Virus record (IMG/VR): IMGVR_UViG_3300049740_002954
Span: 1-64,000 of that record
From: a virus
Strand: one strand, 5' to 3'
DNA: 64,000 nt
In this document: one piece after another, positions 60,301 to 64,000 of the stretch
Position numbering within the stretch: the first letter of the stretch is position 1
Layout of the letters: every line of letters starts with the position of its first letter
Notes under the pieces: model-generated
Seen by the model: only the letters and a program-made list of their open reading frames with translations
Database searches by the model: none
What the model was told of the DNA's origin: nothing
Made by a program: the position numbers and the translations under genes

Positions 60301-61811
60301 ATATTTGGAACTTCATCTAAAAAACTTTCTACAGCTTCAACTCCCTCAGAGTCAATATGATCTACTAGATCTTGCAGGTCACCTCTTTCTTCTAGGCTGA
60401 AATTTTCCATATGAAGATTGATATAGTTTTTTCTTTTTGATCCATCTGGCATTTCAACTGGCTGCAATGCCCTGTGAACGTCTTTACCTAGCCATCTATA
60501 TTTTAGGCATATAAGTTTGTGGGTTCCAAAACCCTCTGGTTCAGACTGTATTTCGTCCATTGTTTTTTGCCGCAAAAGAAATAAGTGCGAGCAGAATTGG
60601 GTGATTTGGTCTGACAGAGACACAATACTCTCATCATCTACTATGTTTTCTGAGTTCCTGTTATTTGTAATTCCTAAACGATTACTTTGAACACTTGTGA
60701 GCATAGCAACACATGGATTATCGTTGAAGCATAGTTCTTTTTGAATAAGCTGTTTGAATTTATCAACCATTCTACCCACCGTTTCCCAGCTACTTGCTCC
60801 ATTCTGTCTTTCGTATGTAGTTTTTATATAATCAAAACTAAAGATCATCTTATTTCCTCGTCCAATTTCTGAGAAATAAAACCTTCGAATTATATTTAAC
60901 ATGCTATCAATACTATGGCCTGCAACATTGTAATAGTAGAATTTTAAATTTTTAATTTTGTTCCAGGTTGACCTTACGCTTTGAACAACTTCTTCTCCTG
61001 CCTGACGCCATCTCCCTGTCTCTAGGAGGTGCATTGGGACTCTTGATATGGCCGAGCATTGTCTGATTATTAATTCTTCTTTGCTCATCTCTCCATTATC
61101 AAAATGAAGGACAGGAACGTTATCGTTTTGACTTGAGACTTTAGTGCAAAAATCCATACAAAATTGTGTTTTCCCAACTCCAGCTCTGGCAACAACTACT
61201 GTAATGTTTCCAGGTCTTAATAGTGACCCATAAAGCTCGTTAACTCTTTGATGTGGGCCCATGAGACCAAATTCATCTATAGGGTTATTCCCTCTTTCTT
61301 CTATAAAGTCTTCCATTTCTTCAAATAGATTTTTCGGCATATCTGACCCAATCTCATATAAGTTAATTTTTGAGTTATGAATTTTATCCGCTTCAGAAAC
61401 TATGTTGTCGAAAGAAGCGCTTGATGGCATGCTTTTCATAGTTTTCGCAACCTCTAACGAGCTATTGTGAATCTCTCTTCTTACTGTTAGTTTTTTAAGT
61501 TCTTTTGCAGATTTTATAACTCCGTCTTGAGATATCTGTCTTAGTGATAAAGCCTTAATATAATCAGATATATTTATATTATCTTCAAACGATATGTTTA
61601 ATGATTTTACTTCTTGAGCCAATAACACTTCATCAAGCGACTCTTTTTTCTCTAAAGACTGGCGTAGTACGCAAAAAATTGTTTTATTTACGCTAGAGTT
61701 TTCACTAAAAAAATCATCTTCATTAATAAAAGATGCGATTAACGGATAAGCGTCTGGATGCTTAATTAAGCCTGCTAGCAGGTGCTGTTCTATTTCGTAT
61801 GAGAATACCAT
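60297..61811 (-). CDS. dnaB: DnaB-like replicative helicase
   Basis: EQHLLAGL N-domain, ARAGVGKT, EMSKEEL, FDYIK, QSNR. Confidence 0.9.
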   Translation of the reverse strand: MVFSYEIEQHLLAGLIKHPDAYPLIASFINEDDFFSENSSVNKTIFCVLRQSLEKKESLDEVLLAQEVKSLNISFEDNINISDYIKALSLRQISQDGVIKSAKELKKLTVRREIHNSSLEVAKTMKSMPSSASFDNIVSEADKIHNSKINLYEIGSDMPKNLFEEMEDFIEERGNNPIDEFGLMGPHQRVNELYGSLLRPGNITVVVARAGVGKTQFCMDFCTKVSSQNDNVPVLHFDNGEMSKEELIIRQCSAISRVPMHLLETGRWRQAGEEVVQSVRSTWNKIKNLKFYYYNVAGHSIDSMLNIIRRFYFSEIGRGNKMIFSFDYIKTTYERQNGASSWETVGRMVDKFKQLIQKELCFNDNPCVAMLTSVQSNRLGITNNRNSENIVDDESIVSLSDQITQFCSHLFLLRQKTMDEIQSEPEGFGTHKLICLKYRWLGKDVHRALQPVEMPDGSKRKNYINLHMENFSLEERGDLQDLVDHIDSEGVEAVESFLDEVPNI

Positions 61812-61842
61812 AGCAACATGGTATCAAAAAAGCCTGTTTATG

Positions 61843-62118
61843 TCAAGAAGTTTCTTCGTCTCCAGGATCTTTTGGGAAATTTAATTCTATTTCTTGTGCA
61901 GAAAGTTGTTCAATGTATTGCTGCATCGCCTGCCTTAAGCCAAGCTCTACAATAGATGATCCTGTTTTTGTTATTATCGAAGGAGTGCCTTGTTGGTTTA
62001 CGTAGGCTAATATAAAACCGCTATCTCCTCCGTTAGATCCGGAGAATTCAAATAATTGAGATAATATACTTTGCGGTATTTCGAATTCACTTAGATTATC
62101 GGGATCAATATTACTCAT
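61843..62118 (-). CDS. hypothetical protein
   Basis: 91 aa; GTGTA motif upstream. Confidence 0.7.
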   Translation of the reverse strand: MSNIDPDNLSEFEIPQSILSQLFEFSGSNGGDSGFILAYVNQQGTPSIITKTGSSIVELGLRQAMQQYIEQLSAQEIELNFPKDPGDEETS

Positions 62119-62137
62119 ATAATATTATTTACACTAA

Positions 62138-62548
62138 TTATAGCGTAACTCCAAAATTTTTAAATAGTTTTTCTTCTAAAATATCACCGTCATATATTTC
62201 TACTAACTCAATATCATTCAATTCGCAAAATTTTAATTTATCGTTATCTCTCTTTAATTGATTAATGTAATTGATTTTATTTTTGCCGTGAAAAAAAGGT
62301 ACATATTTTGTGTGCTGTTTGCCTTGAACTTCTACCGCTATTTTTTTATTTGCGTTATAAAAATCTAAAGAAAGCTTGGTTCCTGCAACCGGAAACTCTT
62401 CAAACACTATATGGTTTTGCCAGTATCTTTTTAAGAATTGTTTTGCTTCAAATTGAATTTTACTTCTGCTTGGTGCGTCCCAATCTATTAAATAATTTTT
62501 AGCTTTTTTTACTGTTCTTTTTGCTCCGAATAAAGTTTTAAATCGCAT
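62138..62548 (-). CDS. Vsr/DUF559-like endonuclease
   Basis: LDFY....IAVEVQGKQH...RDNDK..FC. Confidence 0.8.
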   Translation of the reverse strand: MRFKTLFGAKRTVKKAKNYLIDWDAPSRSKIQFEAKQFLKRYWQNHIVFEEFPVAGTKLSLDFYNANKKIAVEVQGKQHTKYVPFFHGKNKINYINQLKRDNDKLKFCELNDIELVEIYDGDILEEKLFKNFGVTL

Positions 62549-63644
62549 TAGTTAAATCTTTAAAATCTTTATACAAGAAAGAGCTAACATCTTCATTTTC
62601 TTCAAGAAAATCTATTAATCTTTGTTCTCCTTGGAATTTATCATTTATAGTAAATTTTTTATCTGAGAGCTCTTGAATTAAAGATTCTGAAATTGAAATC
62701 CATGCACCTTTTTTTTCAATAAGCTTAAAAAGATATAACATGTCTAAAATTTCTCTGGCTCTCCATACAGACTTGCCATCTTTTTGTCCATATTTAATTG
62801 GATACCTAACAGAAGACCCTGTTTTTTCATTTACGCTTTTTCTGAATTTTATTTTACAATAATGACCTATCGGTTCACCTTTGTCTTCTAGCTTTGAGGC
62901 GGTGGGGTTCTTAAATATTAAATCTGCATTATATCTTTCTTCGAATTCAAGAATAAAATTGGCGTAGTGTTTTATTGCGTTTCCGCCTGCCTGCTTAACT
63001 TTTGGGCCTCCTCTTGAGGCATATGGATTTGTGGCAACCTCTACTCTGACCTGGCTCGTTAGGATCATGGTGTGACCCATTTTTGTAATTGGAAGCACCA
63101 TTTTTTTTAAAAATACTGATGTAATTAAGGCTCCACCTGCAACTTGCTCTGATTCTGCGAAAGGTTTGTCTATATCGTTAACTCTGCATAAAGCATCAAC
63201 GCTATCAATAATAAACATGTATTTTCTTTTGTCTTCGTTGTTAAAAACTAATTCTCTTATTAATTCAAAAACTTTTTCAAAAACATTGCAATCGAATACA
63301 AAAAACTTATCGGAGCTTGTATCTATCCCCGATCTTTCAACCATTTCTGCACTAAACCTACCTTCGCTTTTTATATAAATCACCATGCCATCTTTAGAAA
63401 ACATGTCTTGGAAGTTCTTTGCAAAAGCCATAGCGCAACTAGTTTTTCCTCCTTCGTTAATTCCTGTAAATCTATGAGCGCCGCTTGGGAGGCCTCCGCC
63501 TAGCGCTATATCTAAGTTTAGGCTCCCGCTTGGAATTTTATAATCTTCTGCATTATAGAAATTGTAATGGTACTTTTGATTATCTTTGTCTGATAAAAAT
63601 TTAGCTATTTGTTCGGTTGTGTTTATTTCTTTTGTTTTACTCAT
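62538..63644 (-). CDS. recA: RecA/UvsX-like recombinase
   Basis: SGSLNLDIALGGGLP, GINEGGKT, IIDSVDAL, SQVR, GGNAIKHYA. Confidence 0.9.
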   Translation of the reverse strand: MSKTKEINTTEQIAKFLSDKDNQKYHYNFYNAEDYKIPSGSLNLDIALGGGLPSGAHRFTGINEGGKTSCAMAFAKNFQDMFSKDGMVIYIKSEGRFSAEMVERSGIDTSSDKFFVFDCNVFEKVFELIRELVFNNEDKRKYMFIIDSVDALCRVNDIDKPFAESEQVAGGALITSVFLKKMVLPITKMGHTMILTSQVRVEVATNPYASRGGPKVKQAGGNAIKHYANFILEFEERYNADLIFKNPTASKLEDKGEPIGHYCKIKFRKSVNEKTGSSVRYPIKYGQKDGKSVWRAREILDMLYLFKLIEKKGAWISISESLIQELSDKKFTINDKFQGEQRLIDFLEENEDVSSFLYKDFKDLTNAI

Positions 63645-63984
63645 CTAAGAATTGTCTTAATGTTTTGTTTGTTTTATTTATCACAAAATCTTCTCCTGTC
63701 TTATTTGACAGTATGATATCTTTTTTTTGAGGAATTTTATAGTTAAACTCTTTATATTTTTTTCTAAGCTTTTTGAGTCCCTTTTCTGTTTTATAAAACA
63801 GAAGCGAATTAACTTTATGAAGCCTAACCTTTTGCCAGAAAGTCATGTTGGGAAACTTATCAAGAAGATAATTTAATATTTTCATTTCTCTGGACCAAAA
63901 AGACCTGAGATTTTTATCTTTCTTGTCTAGATTTGGGTCTGCGACCAGTTTCTTTATAAAAGTTCTTTTGTTTATTTTCTGCAC
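63637..63984 (-). CDS. hypothetical basic protein
   Basis: ORF overlapping the recA start. Confidence 0.65.
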   Translation of the reverse strand: MQKINKRTFIKKLVADPNLDKKDKNLRSFWSREMKILNYLLDKFPNMTFWQKVRLHKVNSLLFYKTEKGLKKLRKKYKEFNYKIPQKKDIILSNKTGEDFVINKTNKTLRQFLDE

Positions 63985-64000
63985 AAAAGACAGTATATAT

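Noticed and set aside
22686-63378. Many 60-135 aa ORFs antisense or out of frame within large genes (e.g. 33666-34031, 36433-36777, 58633-59040)
   Set aside because: Fully nested in well-supported genes, with no motifs or start signals.
1-64000. Stop-codon reassignment
   Set aside because: Large conserved genes are intact in code 11, and TAA, TAG and TGA all end genes.

Overview
This is a 64 kb, AT-rich segment of a large tailed dsDNA phage (Caudoviricetes, probably large/jumbo class), read with genetic code 11. The host is probably a PVC-superphylum bacterium such as Verrucomicrobiota or Planctomycetota. That is inferred from the DUF1549/DUF1553 and DUF1501 genes, a Chlamydia-like class Ic RNR, scarce Shine-Dalgarno sites and TTGACA-type promoters. 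Layout: (i) 1-15.9 kb is an early/host-takeover region of tiny genes. Many have their own sigma70-type promoter with the ATG a few nt downstream, and transcription converges at about 10.5 kb. It is punctuated by 8 (plus 1 partial) 76-77 bp elements with IHF-consensus-like inverted arms around a CCTAGGGCCG core. It also holds a promoter-to-terminator structured ncRNA candidate with an rrn-like boxB/boxA leader, and apparent host-protein binding motifs (MraZ-, DnaA- and sigma54-like). (ii) 16-32 kb holds PhoH, putative virion and lysis genes, a phage sigma factor, nucleases, TerL, prohead protease/scaffold and major capsid protein, many preceded by a GTGTA motif. (iii) 32-44 kb holds a ClpC-like ATPase, split DNA Pol III alpha, a SET protein, NrdAB and a Pro-Glu-stalked subtilase. 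(iv) 44-58 kb holds host-like genes (DUF1501 with DUF1549/1553, porin, Hsp20) and a glycosylation cluster. (v) 58-64 kb holds a nuclease, primase, DnaB and RecA. All calls come from reading motifs by eye; no database search was run. Many start codons were moved from the ORF track to fit promoter or gene context.
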